A stretch of 57,384 bases of DNA, filler included, from Sphacelaria rigidula (taxonomy: Eukaryota), in assembly GCA_964200075.2 (NCBI GenBank). It is 6 parts of 6 records of this genome, joined end to end, with 100 filler letters (N's around TTAATTAATTAA, not from the genome) between each part and the next. Parts side by side here need not be neighbours in the genome. Positions count along the whole stretch, not along the records: positions 1 to 9,481 come from CAXNAA020008393.1; positions 9,582 to 19,062 come from CAXNAA020008394.1; 4 more parts are not named here. One strand, given 5' to 3'. Positions 1-13,400 of this stretch are shown in pieces. Below the pieces are notes generated by a model that had not been told where the DNA came from, ran no database searches, and saw nothing but the letters and a program-made list of their open reading frames with translations. Made by a program: the position numbers and the translations under genes. Numbering within the stretch: position 1 is the stretch's first letter; each line of letters begins with the position of its first letter.

Positions 1-38
1 GAAAGGTGTAAACTGGTGCCCAGAATAAATGGGACGAC

Positions 39-73
<35 letters not shown>
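1..73 (+). mobile_element. 3' end and (CA)n tail of a tRNA-derived SINE family (truncated by contig start)
   Basis: ccagaataaatgggacgacaa followed by (CA)n; matches the 3' ends at 9582-9651, 40151, 41016, 46035-46066 and 57310. Confidence 0.8.
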
Positions 74-76
<3 letters not shown>

Positions 77-1002
77 GTGGTGCATTACCGCATAGAGCCG
101 AACTGAACCACACGCAACAGGCGGTAGTACAACGTAGTACAACACGGATTGGCTAGAAAAACAGATCACGGTGTATGGATTAGCGCTGAGTGCGCAGGGA
201 CTAAATATCAGTCCCTCGCCGGAGGGTGCTCCGTATGCGCTGACAAAATATCGACGGAAGCCGGTAGGGAGGACTCACTCCAGGCTGTGGGTTGGATATT
301 GTTCCGCATTTTGAGTTCTGATCTCTGAAAAAGTTTGAGATGAACGGCAAACTTTTCCTCGGAGAGAAAAAACGTTACAATATCCCGTTTCAATTTCCCG
401 GTATTTTTGTGTGGATAGAAATTTCTGTGTGTTTGGAAGCTGGACAGAAGAGCGTAGTATGTGCGACATTGCTGTACAGTACTAGAGTGCGATCATGGCG
501 TCATTTCAAACTGTGGATGAGATACTGTTGCGCATTTTGAATTTGGAATGGCACAGCTTTCATCGGCAATTTCCAGCCACAATTTTCCAATACGATTTTC
601 CGTTTTCCTGCGCTGTTGTGTTTCGCCAAGCGCTCTGTCGTGTTTCGACAAGCACGCAAGAGTGATGCCGCGTTAGCCCCCACCAAACCACCCCCATAAT
701 TATGACCGCCGTTGAACCCATCTAACGCGTATTCGAGACTGCTATTTCCCTGCGCTGCTTTGCATTCGCCGAGCACGCAAGAGTGAAGCTAGGCCTTGAA
801 ATGAAGACATGTGAAAAAAAGCAAGGGTGGATTGAAAAATGGCACCGGTAGACTCGGGAATATTAGTCCGAGCGTTTAAAATACACTTCCAAGAAGGATC
901 ATTTTATTTGGATAAAGTATGGAAAACGCGGACGAAAATAAACTGATTTGTGTATCCAGCGGAGATACATTACGCTTATAATAAATAGAATAATGATAGT
1001 AG

Positions 1003-1003
1003 T

Positions 1004-1050
<47 letters not shown>
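1003..1050 (+). repeat. (AAC)n microsatellite
   Basis: About 15 AAC units seen directly. Confidence 0.95.
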
Positions 1051-1051
<1 letters not shown>

Positions 1052-1660
1052 ACCAGTCATGCAGCTACTACTAAGGTCATATATATATTATTTCTTGATA
1101 CAAACTGAAACGCCGAGATCTGGGTAAGTTGTAAGTGCAAAATGCATCGAAAAGGACTCCACACCTTAGGCGGGAAACTGTGAATATTCAAGCTGGACAC
1201 AACACACCTGTGCGTCGATAGCGAGTTCAAATGCCTCCTGATCCGTATCATCACCACCTCGTGATCGCTCCGACAATCTAGTCTGTACGCCTTTCCAAAT
1301 GTCTGCGAGATGTAAAGCTGTCAGAGCATCATACACCACCGTGGCATTGTGGGTGACTTCTGCGTAGACCTCTCGCAGAGCTGCTGGGTAGTGCCGGAGC
1401 TGGGTAGTTACTTTGGATTCACTTGAAGCCATTCCATTCTCAGCCTGCTCAAGGTCGCGTGCGGCAGTAGGGTTTGTATCCTGAAGACCCTCTTGAAGGG
1501 TACGCCGTTGCAACACGAAACTTTCACGAAATTGTTTTTTCGTCAGTTCAAGATTCTCTCCTGCACCCGTACGCGTTTCAGATAGAAACACATCAGATTC
1601 GTGCTGATTGAAATGCTTCCGTTGTCTTCAGACTTGTAGTGTTCAACCTTTGCGCAGCTA

Positions 1661-1860
1661 CAAATAGTCTAGTGTCAAATAGTGTAGTGTCCAATAGTGT
1701 AGTGTCCAATAGTGTAGTGTCCAATAGTGTAGTGTCCAATAGTGTAGTGTCCAATAGTCTAGTGTCCAATAGTGTAGTGTCAAATAGTGTAGTGTCCAAT
1801 AGTCTAGTGTCAAATAGTCTAGTGTCAAATAGTGTAGTGTCCAATAGTGTAGTGTCCAAT
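1661..1860 (+). repeat. 15-bp tandem minisatellite, about 13 copies
   Basis: Contiguous AATAGTGTAGTGTCC / AATAGTCTAGTGTCA units with no spacers. Confidence 0.95.
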
Positions 1861-4800
1861 CTTCTTATCAGTGTCCAATCTTGTTATCAGTGATACCACG
1901 TTCACGCGCTGCGTACGCTTGACGCAGAGGATGAAGAGATGTCCTTATCTGCTCTCACCCCCGCGGTCGTCGAATGCAAATCGTGAGCATGCTCCCCTCG
2001 CTCAGCCCATGATTCTGTATCGTACACTGCAGATGCGTAGCCAACATGCCGCGCTTTCCTGCTCGCGACAATAACATCCATTACGGGACGATGTCATGGT
2101 ACCGCGATACACTGAACTTACTCTATACGCATTTGACCATTGCATACAAACCAGACTTGCGGAGCCAAGGCAACAAAACAAGACGACGTGCACCTCACCC
2201 AGTGACCACGACGCTGAGAAGGCCCATGATAACATCCAGCTCCAATACTCCGGTATCCTGCTTCGCTTGCTCGAGCGACTCATGACAAATGAAGTCCCGA
2301 ACAGCACTAAGGACATCGACCGCCTTGATTGTGTCGTCACTAGCGTAGGAGCGGACTTCACGAAGAAGCTCATTCTGGAGCGATTCGCCCTTCTCAGCAG
2401 TACCGGGAGATATATGAACACCCCTGCTGCCGACGACATTTCTGATGCCCAGCGTGGCTGCGAGCCTCGCAACCGCTATTGCAACCTTCTGGCTCGCAAT
2501 GTCCAAGACACCAGAAGGTAATAGTTTCAAGGCGCTGACTTCCCGTCGCAAACAGGGCGATATAGCACTCACATCTGGGCTTGCTGGTGGGTCCAAAAGT
2601 TCTCGTGCTCGGTCGAGCACATCGTCACCCGTAGCAGAGAGGAGCACCGAAGCGAACTGAGGACGAAGTTTGCACTCACCGACCAACATACCCGTAAGCT
2701 CCCTTGACACCTCCTTTTGCTTCGAACGACTCATCTTGCTGCCATTGATGACTTGTAGCAAAATATTGACATGTGCCAGTCGCAAATATCCTTGCTCGAT
2801 ACAAGCTACTAGCTCCCCCTTTCTCTTCATGGACGTCGAAAACACACCTCCGACACTCGCACGGCAAGACAAGCTTGTCGTAGAGGAGGGAAGTAGGGTA
2901 TGAACGTGTTCTTGAGCCCCGTGAAGAGCTTGCACGTCGACGATTGCTCCGTGGGACCGGAAACCACTCACAAGTTGATGTTGAAGACCTTGCCACCTTT
3001 GCCAATCACAATGGCCTAGTGCTGCGGCAATCCGAAGAAGATGCATCCACATGACTAGTCTAGCGTTGCCAATCGTAACCTCCCCAAGAGACGGCGCACT
3101 TTCCTGCAGAGCACACACAGCACAGCGAACTGATCAACACCGAGAAGCCCTATAAATTAGTCCATGAAGTTTTTGGGTGGTACAAGGAGAGGAAAAGGTT
3201 CACCAGCGCCGTTCAAGCTGCCCCCACACTCCGAATGAATCGGTTGCTAGGGTAATCCCGGTTCTCACGCTGTCAGCGAGGAGGTTCTCGAGCTCGTGGA
3301 CAATTCCAGGGCGCGATGTCAAATCAACAGCAATCGCGACAGATGCCAGCTCGAGGGCACCGGCCTCCGCGTCAGCAGTATCCCCCGGGCCGTTTTCGTC
3401 TTGAATTGAGGGTTCCGTGTGACATTGACAGCAGGCAGCCTGCAGTGCGGGTATGTCGCTGAGTGTGCCACCCACGTTTTGATTCTTACTCCGTTCCAGA
3501 TCTTCCACGAGATCATTGAGCTTTGCGCGGAGTGCTTGCAGTTTACACCAAGCCTCGGAACTAGCATCTTGGGACACCACATCATTTCCCTGCACCTTGC
3601 GCGTTCTTGAGGCGCTCTGGCTGAGCTTCATATCGATCTGGCTTAGCTCTATCGTCGCACGCTTCACTTCTGCGCTCAGTCTTTCAACCTTCAATGGAAT
3701 AACAGTGCGCAGGTCGTCATGACATCACGTCTGGCGTCAAGGCACAGATTTTGTAACGCGTGGACGAAAAACCAAGCGGTAGCGTTCAATTCGTAGAGTG
3801 AGTGCGTAAATTAGTGCTAAAACAACTACACACCCTATTGCCAAAGCGAAAAAACGTCCTACACATTTAGCGGTCCGGACAGATGCCACCTACTTCGCCT
3901 TGGCACTGCAGAATCCGGGACTGAACGGTCTTTTCTGACGACTGTGTCAGGTCAAAAGGTGACTCGATGTCGTTCACCGCCATTCGAAGGCGCTTGTTTT
4001 CCTCCAAGAGACCTGCACCGTATTTAAGATTATTTCATACGCGCGTAGAGATATTCAGCACAGGATTGTTCGTGTACTTGCCGGAATCCACGCGTAGGGT
4101 TCATATGTCGAACCTTTACGGCAAAGCGCTCCATCGTAGCGTCACAATGAATCCGGACATTGCCAGGAAAATAAACCATGTATTATTGTGGGGTATGTAC
4201 ATCCCAGGCTAGTGCTTTTTTATCAGCCGCCCCGCCGTTCAGTTTTTGTGCATTACGGCAACCTATTGCCAGTGCGTACTGTGCAGATAGTTCTGGTACC
4301 TGCTCGCCTGGTACCAGCCTGCATCTGCTCTTCTTTATGCCTTCGCGCCTCTTCTCTCATCAGAGCCTGGCATTTATTTACAACGGATACGAGGGATGAA
4401 CGTTACAGGATCTGCCGAGTATAGGTCGTTATGTCGCACCCCCTTACGAGGAACTGCTGGATTGGATGAAAAAGCCGATCTTACAACATGCAGAAACTCA
4501 TGAGTTGCAGATAGCCGACCGAACATGACGGAAGCGCAGTGGGCACACAGTGCGTGCCAAGATTGAAGGTCAGCGCATCTTTGTCGGTCGTGCAGTAGGT
4601 AGTACTCACTTGCAGTTTTTCCTTCCCAAGGAGTTGTTCCTGAAAAGCTGCTGCAGTCTTGCCTGCCCCTGCCACCGCTGATTCTAATTTGATGACCGTT
4701 TGAAGACTTTCATCAAGAGTCCGTGCCTTCGAAAAACATCATGTGGACACGCGGAAGGGGGGCTTTCCGTTGCAGGGTGGTAGGTGGTGGGAATTGCGTA

Positions 4801-7800
4801 CGCTATCCTTCTTGGTGAATGGCCGTCAACTCAAGCACATTGTGAAAAACTGGTTGCTACAGCGCCGCGCAGAGCCGAAGCCCGCAACACGATACGTGTC
4901 TCTCTTCGAATGCCAAACGCGACTGACCTGTTTCTCTGCTCCCATCAGTCCCTGAGAGGTGTGCTCCAAGCGAGAGCGTTGTTGCTTGATGATGTGTTGT
5001 AGATGCTCCGCCTTACGGTTGTACTTGCTTTTAGCCGTTTGAAACTCTTCGCTTTCTGCAACAGTCAAACGACGAGGGGTAAGTTGGTACCTTTCAGCAG
5101 GGGAGCTACGGCCGAGGCGAACTTCACTTTCGGCGGTATGAACTGGGCAGTTCTATCGCGTTGCCGGCGAAACCCTTACCTGAATATCTGCGGTAACGAT
5201 GCAGACTGCCGGCCAATGATCCCATGGGATTTGACGTGCTCACCGATGGAAAGACCGACGACTTGATTCTCTGTTTCCGCAAGTTCCGCCTGTAGTACTG
5301 ATATCCGCGCTTCGGTCGAAGCTAACATATCTCGAGCACGTCGAAGCGCGTGCGTGCGCACGCGAAGCACTTCATCTTTCACACCCGACAGAGCCTGCGC
5401 CAGGGAAAAACAACAACGTTTGATTTATGAAAATGTACTCGCCAATCGCCGCGTGCAACTTGCGCAACAGGGAGCTGGGGTACAATAGCCACACAAGGGA
5501 TGAGCGAGGGTAATTGCGTTTTTATCATAGCATCGCAAGCCTCTCATTTAGCTGTATGTCCCGGACACCGTTGAACCAGGTGCATACCTTGGTCCACTCT
5601 TGGCCCTTGCTCTCAACCTTGTGCAGCATGTCTTTCATACCGTCCTCAATTTTTTTCAACCTAGCTCCGAGATCAAAATCCACGTCTTCCCGATTGACTT
5701 GCATGCTGCGGACGTTTCTGAGGGATACTTGCTCCAACGTTGCCAGTTTCTGGAGGCAAGTCATGCAAGGTGAGGCACTGGGTGGAGGTAAGCCATGGAG
5801 CACATGAGACCACATAGAGTGCCCGGCGAAGATTTGCAGCAACGGAGAGTTTATACAGCGCTCATGATATCGGCCATATCGTCAGCGTCTGTCCAGCTAC
5901 ACTTCCTCCTACAACGTGCCAGGTTCAGTCGAAAGCAGAAATGCGCTGAGTTCTCCATCGGCTCTGACTCCTTAGTTGCAACACACAAGTTTAGAAGCTT
6001 CTAAAGATGGAGTATCGCCGGTTGCTTGCTAGAATCCCACCGGGATCAGGCGATAAGGGTACAATCACGGTGACTACATGAGAAGGTTGACGAGGAAAGA
6101 GGCTACTTGTCAATGCTAGACTAGACATTGAAAGATCAGCTCGATAACAGAATCACCCACCTCCTTCTCTGCCCACAGTCTCTCGCGTTTTGCCAGGCAC
6201 CAAAACGCTACTGCACGAAGGTCGGTAAAACCGCCATGAGACGCGAGATCATCTTCCAGATTACGAAGAGTTTTCTGGGCGTAGAGTGGACGACGCGGAG
6301 CGCCTGGTAAATATGTATATGCGGTGTTGCTAATGTTTCCATGGTCCAAATTTCAAAGAGTGAATAAGGTGGAGCAAGAGAAGGGCCGATCATGGTGTAC
6401 TGCTTTTGCTGTTTCTGCGTATCAGGTCGTCAACACCAACGCAGAGACGACGCGTAGTTCACCTGGGAAGGGTAACACCGCGGAGCAGGCAGTTTACGCT
6501 CTACTGCCACATATGTAATGTCGAAGTGAAGAAGGATTACGGGAATGCTTACCGCCAACGTTGTCATCTCCTGGGTCTCAACGTCGACATTAAACTGCAA
6601 GGTGGCCTCGTTGTTATCGTACATATCATCCTCTGTCGATGGCTGCCTTCGCGCAGAGCGCACCGCATCGCCCCCCCTGCCCAGTAAAGGGATGGAAGGT
6701 CTGAGATATAGCGGCCATAACAGCTTGGGTTAAATACAACAATATCAAAATATTTCAGGTATGCACAAGTTTCTCGTCAATGCATGTCTTACCTCGCGGG
6801 GGTGTCGATGGTTGCCAGCAAGCGATCCAGTTTGTCCGTGGAGGCAACAACAGCGGAGAAAACTCTGGACAATGCAAGACGCGAGAAAGCAGAACCAAAT
6901 GGGCAGATCTCATATTAGTTACCACTATCATCTTCGGCCCTCCGCTCAACGTCGGTGATGTATTGACACGGCGCAAACGGCATGGCCACCTGTACGGATG
7001 TGCATCTTTGTTTCCCACCACGTACAGCGCGGCCCGACTTCTCGTCAGGTTGAGCTTCGCCTCCAACTCAGAGTACCTAGTCAGTTTTCAACCACCATAT
7101 GTCCTTGCAGATCTGAAGACAGCATCCCTGCTCGTCCAGTTGGACGTCGTGTACATATTGATGACCGAACGTTCCCACGGTGGGAGCAGAAACGACACAA
7201 AGGCCGCTTAAGCTGGAAGCTATGAAGGGCACGTAGACCGGCACTAATGGGGGCGATGACCCCTTATATACAGCATTCTATCGTATCAAGGGGTGGTACG
7301 TCAAAACTGGGATACTTTATTTGTATAGCTTCCACCGTCTCAAAATCAAACTATTCTCAACTTGCACAATAACTGTCGTTCAATGGATCAACTAGCGAGA
7401 GAATGCTTGTTACGGCACAGCCGTTATGGTGCACGTCATGCAGGGCATACATATGCAAAACAATGACATGTACACCAAGCGATTTCATGACCGCCGGATT
7501 GAATAATATCTGGCATACCTTTGATAGGCGGCGCGCTTGTCGTGCACCTCGTCATCTGTCCCCGTGCTCGAGTCCTCCCAACATACGCGATCCCGACCGG
7601 AGAAAAATGATTATGGAAGAAAGACATTGATAAGATGGGCATCACCATCAGTTGAAATTGAGACACTGAGACAAGGCATAAATGTTTCGTAAAAAATGGC
7701 GTCGAGAATATCTCGACACTAAACGCGTACGAGCAAGCCTTCAGCGTAAAAAGCGGCGCATATCTGATCACGTTCTGATGGCTGGCACACGCGCTTTAGG

Positions 7801-9481
7801 TGTGTGCGAATATCTTTCTTCTACGGACGAAAAAAATCAGCATATCCAACAGTCGCCGGTTGCCTGACATCAAGTTTCTGCCTGAGATTATCTGTCTGCT
7901 CGAAATACCGACTGTTTGAAGCATTCCGATACGGACGCTTGACTCCATGCTACCAAATGCTTAGCGAACTGACGTCAACCTCATTTTTTTGTTGAGGGAC
8001 ATCTTATCCTTCTCCGTGGCTACTTGTTGATATGTGTAAGATGTCTGTAGCGCCGTCACCGCCGATTGTAGGATTGGTGCTACCGCTTCGATCCCAGTGC
8101 GGCGATTGGGTTTTCTTCGACGAAATAACCCAACGCGCTTGTGATATGGGATAAAACACGATAACATGCCTACTACTCCTGCCCCCCCGTCCCCTCCCCC
8201 TTCGTCTGTCTTTGGTCGATGTTGAAACTTCCGGGCCGCCGTGCCTCAGAGAACTGATGTAAACGCCCTTGCGCCTCACGTTTGTGTTCAACAACCGCAA
8301 TGCCGCTCTGGGCGAGACCAGTTTCGTTCGAACGACCTCATTGTTCGCAATAGTGACCCTCACGAGCTGCGTTCCACTCTCGCTTTGTAGCGTGTTGTGC
8401 AGCCAAACAAGAATTTAGACCGGCATAGGTTTCAGTGCTGATATGTAACATTCTACTGCTGAGACACCAAACGCGTTCTAATCGCTTTGAGCCAGATTGA
8501 GGGGAACTGAGCCTCCACGAGATTTGATGCCCTGATCACCTGAATTTTTCGGAAGAAAAAACTCCATTCAAGGGTAGTGCGACGTGTTGATTGATTTAAT
8601 TGATTATCGCCCAATTGCTAGTCCCCGAGGTATCTAGCCATGGCCTCAAGATAGCCGTGTCTAAGGTAAAAGACCAGGGTTAACATCGTGTCGCGTGTGG
8701 GAGGGAGTTGATGAAGTCAAAGAAAGGCTTGTGCAAAAATCTTACAGATCATGAAAACGATTTTTTTCCTGTTGAAGTTTGACGTTGAAAACAAGATGGT
8801 CTACTGAAAGAAGTCGGTAAAGTAAAACATAACTACTACGAGACCCAGGCTACTAGAGCAGCGTAAAGCTTGTGAACAATCACCGATACATTACTCTTGA
8901 ACAGTGTATCTATACACTGTGGCCGCAGTACCTGTCTTCTTTTCCCCCGAAGGACACAGACCCGCAGATAGTAAAGCAGCGAGGGGACAGTTTTGTACTC
9001 GACGCAAGGCAGGAAGTCCAAGTCATTGACTGCAGGACAGCAACCTCCTTTCTATGTAGCACCCTTCAAGATCCCAAGTCCGCAGGAAGTTGAGTGGCAA
9101 GAGGCAGGCTTTGAAACTGAGGAAGAGTGCCAAGCTCAGCATCATCCACAAATAGAAGCTCCATGCGACAAATTCTTCAAAATAGACTTGCTCCTATGGT
9201 ATTCATCACTCAACGCTATTCGCCCCGATCCAAAATCTTGTTTTCATACGTTTCTAACCTCTGAAATAATACATAATAGAATCAGGGAAAAAGTAACAGC
9301 GGTTCGTTGCAATATACAATAAAATGTGTGATAGTGTATACAATCCGGGGCACTGAAATGCTCCCCGGCATCGTTTCAATCCACTGTGGGACTTTTAGGG
9401 GGGGGGGGGGAAGCCGGGGGCTCACTACCCATCCCAACACCAAGAGAAAAACATCCCCAAATTTTCCGCGTGTGGTAAAGA

Positions 9482-9581
9482 NNNNNNNNNNNNNNNNNNN
9501 NNNNNNNNNNNNNNNNNNNNNNNNNTTAATTAATTAANNNNNNNNNNNNNNNNNNNNNNNNNNNNNNNNNNNNNNNNNNNN
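9482..9581. other. Artificial contig linker (N44-TTAATTAATTAA-N44)
   Basis: 100-nt N run with a six-frame-stop core; identical to the other four linkers. Confidence 0.98.
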
Positions 9582-9651
9582 TGATGCGCCCACATATCCC
9601 GAAAGGAGTAGACTGGCGTCCAGAATAAATGGGACGACAACACACACACAC
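9582..9651 (+). mobile_element. 3' end of tRNA-derived SINE with (CA)n tail (truncated by contig start)
   Basis: gcgcccacatatcccgaaaggagtagactggcgtccagaataaatgggacgacaacacacaca; homologous to the other copies. Confidence 0.8.
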
Positions 9652-10463
9652 TACACGGACTTGCAGAGGATGCACAGTGGCTGTGAAGCTCACTTGCTGT
9701 TACAGCAAAGATATAAGTCAAAGGGTGTTCACGAGTGCTTATTTGGCCAAGACAAAATGAGCCACAAAGCGTCTTCTCAAAACAAAGTACTGAGAGAGGG
9801 TACGGAGAGTGGAGAGAGTGAAAGCCGTGGGAGACTAATACCAACAAACCCACACTGCGATCACTCTGAAGATAACGATCAATTCTGCTTCACTAGGAGC
9901 ACGTATGTCAGACCAGACTGAATCATCTGGTCCAACTTGATGACTCGTTACTCTTGCCAGTTCTTACACTTGTCCTACTGCAGCCTACGTGGCCTAGTTA
10001 CTTCGATACAAAAAATTACTGCGACAAACCATGGCGGTACGCTTCTCTACCTCAATATCCCACAGAGTACGTTGCCTAAAAGAATTACAATATGAAATCA
10101 AAAGCATTCAACGTAACAGTCACATGGGTCACAATTTCGGTAAACCGTCACGAGTTGTACCACAGTTTGCTATAAAAGACGGCGTTTAAGCACAAAAATA
10201 CAGACCGTTGTCCAAGATCGCAACCGTTAGATGCTGCAACCGCAGGTACAAGAGATTTGCTTGCTCTGAAGCAAGCACTTCTTGACATAATCCCCTATCG
10301 TCTACACAACCAAAGGTAAGAGAAGCATCATTCTCGGTTGTGGATATAGTTTATGGTCGAAGCCACAAAGGAAAACTCGAACTGTGCGTCATGTACAACA
10401 ACACAGAACGCGGGACGTTTCCCCATACACCCATCTTACACTACAATTACGAAAACCACGTTG

Positions 10464-13400
10464 TCATCTTCCACTTTGCTTTTCAATATCCAAATCACCC
10501 TCCCCCGATGCACCCCCTCGTTCTCCTTCCGCCACTGCTTCGATGATCGGCGCGGGCTTCTGTCGGTGAGCTGTTGTTGAACTGCTTGTAGAAAGATCCT
10601 CATCGAGCTCCGCGCACACAACGTAGTCGAAACCAACCTCAATTCTGTGCGTGTTATGAGCGTTTCAGAGGAAGTGGAGATCCACGATCGGGACACAGTA
10701 TTTGTGGACTCCGTGAGATAGTCGGCTAAGTTCATTGGGTGAATACATGGAAAAGCCAAGGGAGTAAAATGTTAGTACGACGAAATGCGTGTAACTCACG
10801 GGAAACTTTTGGGGAACGCGTACTACCGAATACTGTTCCTTAACTTTCGCACACGCAGCAATGTATTCAGAATCGACTCCATCACCTTTGTCTTTGGGGG
10901 GTTCACACGAATGATTTCGGGGAAATTAAGAAACACCCGGTCACGGTGAGTACGCAGTTCGTGTGAAGCCCTCTGCATGATGTAAGTGCAGGTATGTGAC
11001 GCAGTGCGGAGCATCGAGAGAGTAGATTGATTCAAAGGGATCGAGCAACGGCGAGGCGAGTGCGCGGACTGATGCATCAACGAAACAAACGGTGAATGCA
11101 TGCTGCTGTGAGTTGAGGGTACAAGCTAGAACGCATGACCTCCCCTCACCGGGAGATCGGCCTCAAATTTTCAGCAGGCAAGATTCTGAACGCACTAGCA
11201 AAACATCTTATGCACAAGATTGATTCGAGATCCCGAGGAAATCGAGGCTAATAATTTTGGCACTAGAACAGAGGGGGGGCATGGTTATGTCAGCCTCCTC
11301 TCTCGTGAAACTGGGACTTGTATCCTTATCCCGTGAAAATAGTGCTAGCCCCTTCCAGGCTACTGTGAGAGATGACGAATGCGCTGAGTGAAGGATGACT
11401 GAAGACAGCGATATGAAAGGGGGGAGCACTGTAGACAAGTTCATAAAGGCTTCACTTGAGAAACAAAGCAAGCACTATGAAATTCGTGGATACGCGGCTA
11501 CAACAAAGTTCATGGCTACAAGCATGCTCTGGAGTAAATCGCATGGAGTGAACGAACATCAAAGGAATGAAACGAGTGGACCCGTCGACTGATTAAATGG
11601 ATGGGTGCACGAATGAACAAGCACCCTATGTACAACCAACAAAACAAGGTAGGTTGACAACACCTGTACGACATTTAAGGACGTGCGTGAGTCCACAAAC
11701 GGAAAAGGCGAAGGACATAAGAGAACAGATGTGAAGAGACGTGAACAAAGACGAAACCATCTCATGTGCGTGTACGAGATCCATGGGTAACGTACATAGG
11801 TGATGACCACAAAATGGGCAAAATAGGCAGAGCCGGCGGACAAAGGCGACCGTGTACTGTTCGCGACCCGAACGAATGCACGAGGCAACAACAAGCAAAT
11901 GTGCAGTACAGAATCTCACCAAGTGGACGAACGGACCGGTGAACAAATGAAAAAACAAGCAATCAAAGAACCGACACTAGCCCTCGAGTGATGCTACGGT
12001 AGGGATGCACAAATATTTTCCGAGGCCAAAATTGTTAGGAGCCCTTTATCACGTCAAAAACGCGAGTCATGAAATATGTGAGAGTACGCCAGGATTACTA
12101 TTCCAACGTGCTCGGAATATCCCGAATGAATTTGCAAGCGGGAATGCCCTGACCCGCATTCTTGTGCATCTAGAATCCTTGGGAGCCCCTGAATCAGACA
12201 AGATATTGCGCAAAACGTGCACCCGTACCGTCGCATTGCTCACTTGTCGTACACAGCACATGTTGGGTCGGTTCCAGGTCAAACTCATAACATACAAACA
12301 AAAAAGAACAAGAAGCGACAAATGGCGACGACAACCATACCGCCCTGGTTGAATGGGACAAGAGGCTAGAAAACCGGTGCGGCCTTGTGCCGAAAGATAA
12401 ACAGAAAAACCGGGACAAAATGTGACCTCTTTTTACCCCGGCACGTACTGCATCAATGCGCAGCCCCAGATTCAGCGACATGAGGTTATTGACAGTGGTT
12501 CCACATATAATGTGGTGGAAGTTTCAGCCCCTTGCAGAACCTATAACTAAGCACCTCTACAGGCGATATACCGATGAGTTTTGTACAGATTGACATTATC
12601 TATAGGTGTCACGGTACAGATCGATGTTTATTCACCAGCGCAACGGCCGCCCAGCTGCTCATGATGTAGAGGTTAGTGCACCAGCGCGTGCGCATATGCA
12701 TTCACTCACGGTTCAAAAAGTCTGGGCTACAATAAAGCTGTTTTGAGGGAGGATTTTCCCAAAATCACTGATCTCTGTGTTCCCGTTTGTGCGCGGCCCG
12801 AACGTGCCGCGAATAGGGGGACATGCTGCTCGTGTTGTGTCCGACTAGTGCGCCCGGTTTTGCGGCGGATAATCCCGCGGCGATAGAGTAATCCACAATA
12901 AACGTTCATGTTCTAAAGTGCAATGATGTTCATATGCCGGCGAAATGCGTGCATTCACAGCTACATTATAGTGCGGGCATCGGCATATATTTGAGTTTTT
13001 GCTCTTCTTTTTTTGGGCAAGACTGGTGGAATCAGTGCTTGTGACGACAACTAGAGCTCGCTGAACTTACCGGCCCCCCTTGCCCGCCAGCTCTTTCTGC
13101 ACTCTCACATACACGTCCGCGATGTGCTTCTCCAGGGAGGCGGCCAGCTTGGTGTCTGTCGTGGCTATGATGGGCAGTTTTCGGGATGCAACGTCCAGCT
13201 GTGCGCGACATAACGGACAGGAGAGGGTGGATAAAGTCCTTCACTTTTTTCTCCACTAACCGCCAACAGTTGCCAACACCGAAACTGTCTAAGCTACCAA
13301 TGGTGGGCATTCTCGGGACGCCACGTCGAGAGCTGGAGGATGACAAGAACGGGGCAATACAAAGTATGGGGAAAATGTCTTCAAAGTTGCTCAGGCACAC

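Larger units (their letters stand above)
275..8400 (-). pseudogene. Decayed multi-exon gene for a large alpha-helical/coiled-coil protein of unknown family; outer boundaries approximate
   Basis: Chain of minus-strand protein-like blocks with GT-AG ends. Exon 5394-5244 (ALSGVKDEVLRVRTHALRRARDMLASTEARISVLQAELAETENQ) is followed by a 56-nt intron 5243-5188, then exon 5187-4928 in matching phase with one in-frame TAG at 5155-5153, then a 71-nt intron 4927-4857. Long open blocks at 3694-3200, 3118-2195, 1591-1166 and 776-501. Stops and frameshifts recur. Confidence 0.5.

Noticed and set aside
1661..1860. CRISPR-like array or DTTLL/SNSVV repeat protein
   Set aside because: Units are contiguous 15-mers with no unique spacers and no cas genes; the ORFs are a by-product of a stop-free unit.
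2096..2521. 141-aa plus-strand ORF
   Set aside because: Antisense shadow of the longer minus-strand block 2195-3118; no independent motif.
8620..9322. Plus-strand coding-like fragments (ORFs 8872-9093 and 8993-9322) as a transposase
   Set aside because: Frameshifted, with no catalytic motif I can recognise; cannot support a call.
9526..9537. TTAATTAATTAA as a regulatory or PacI-type site
   Set aside because: Part of the artificial linker repeated at every join.
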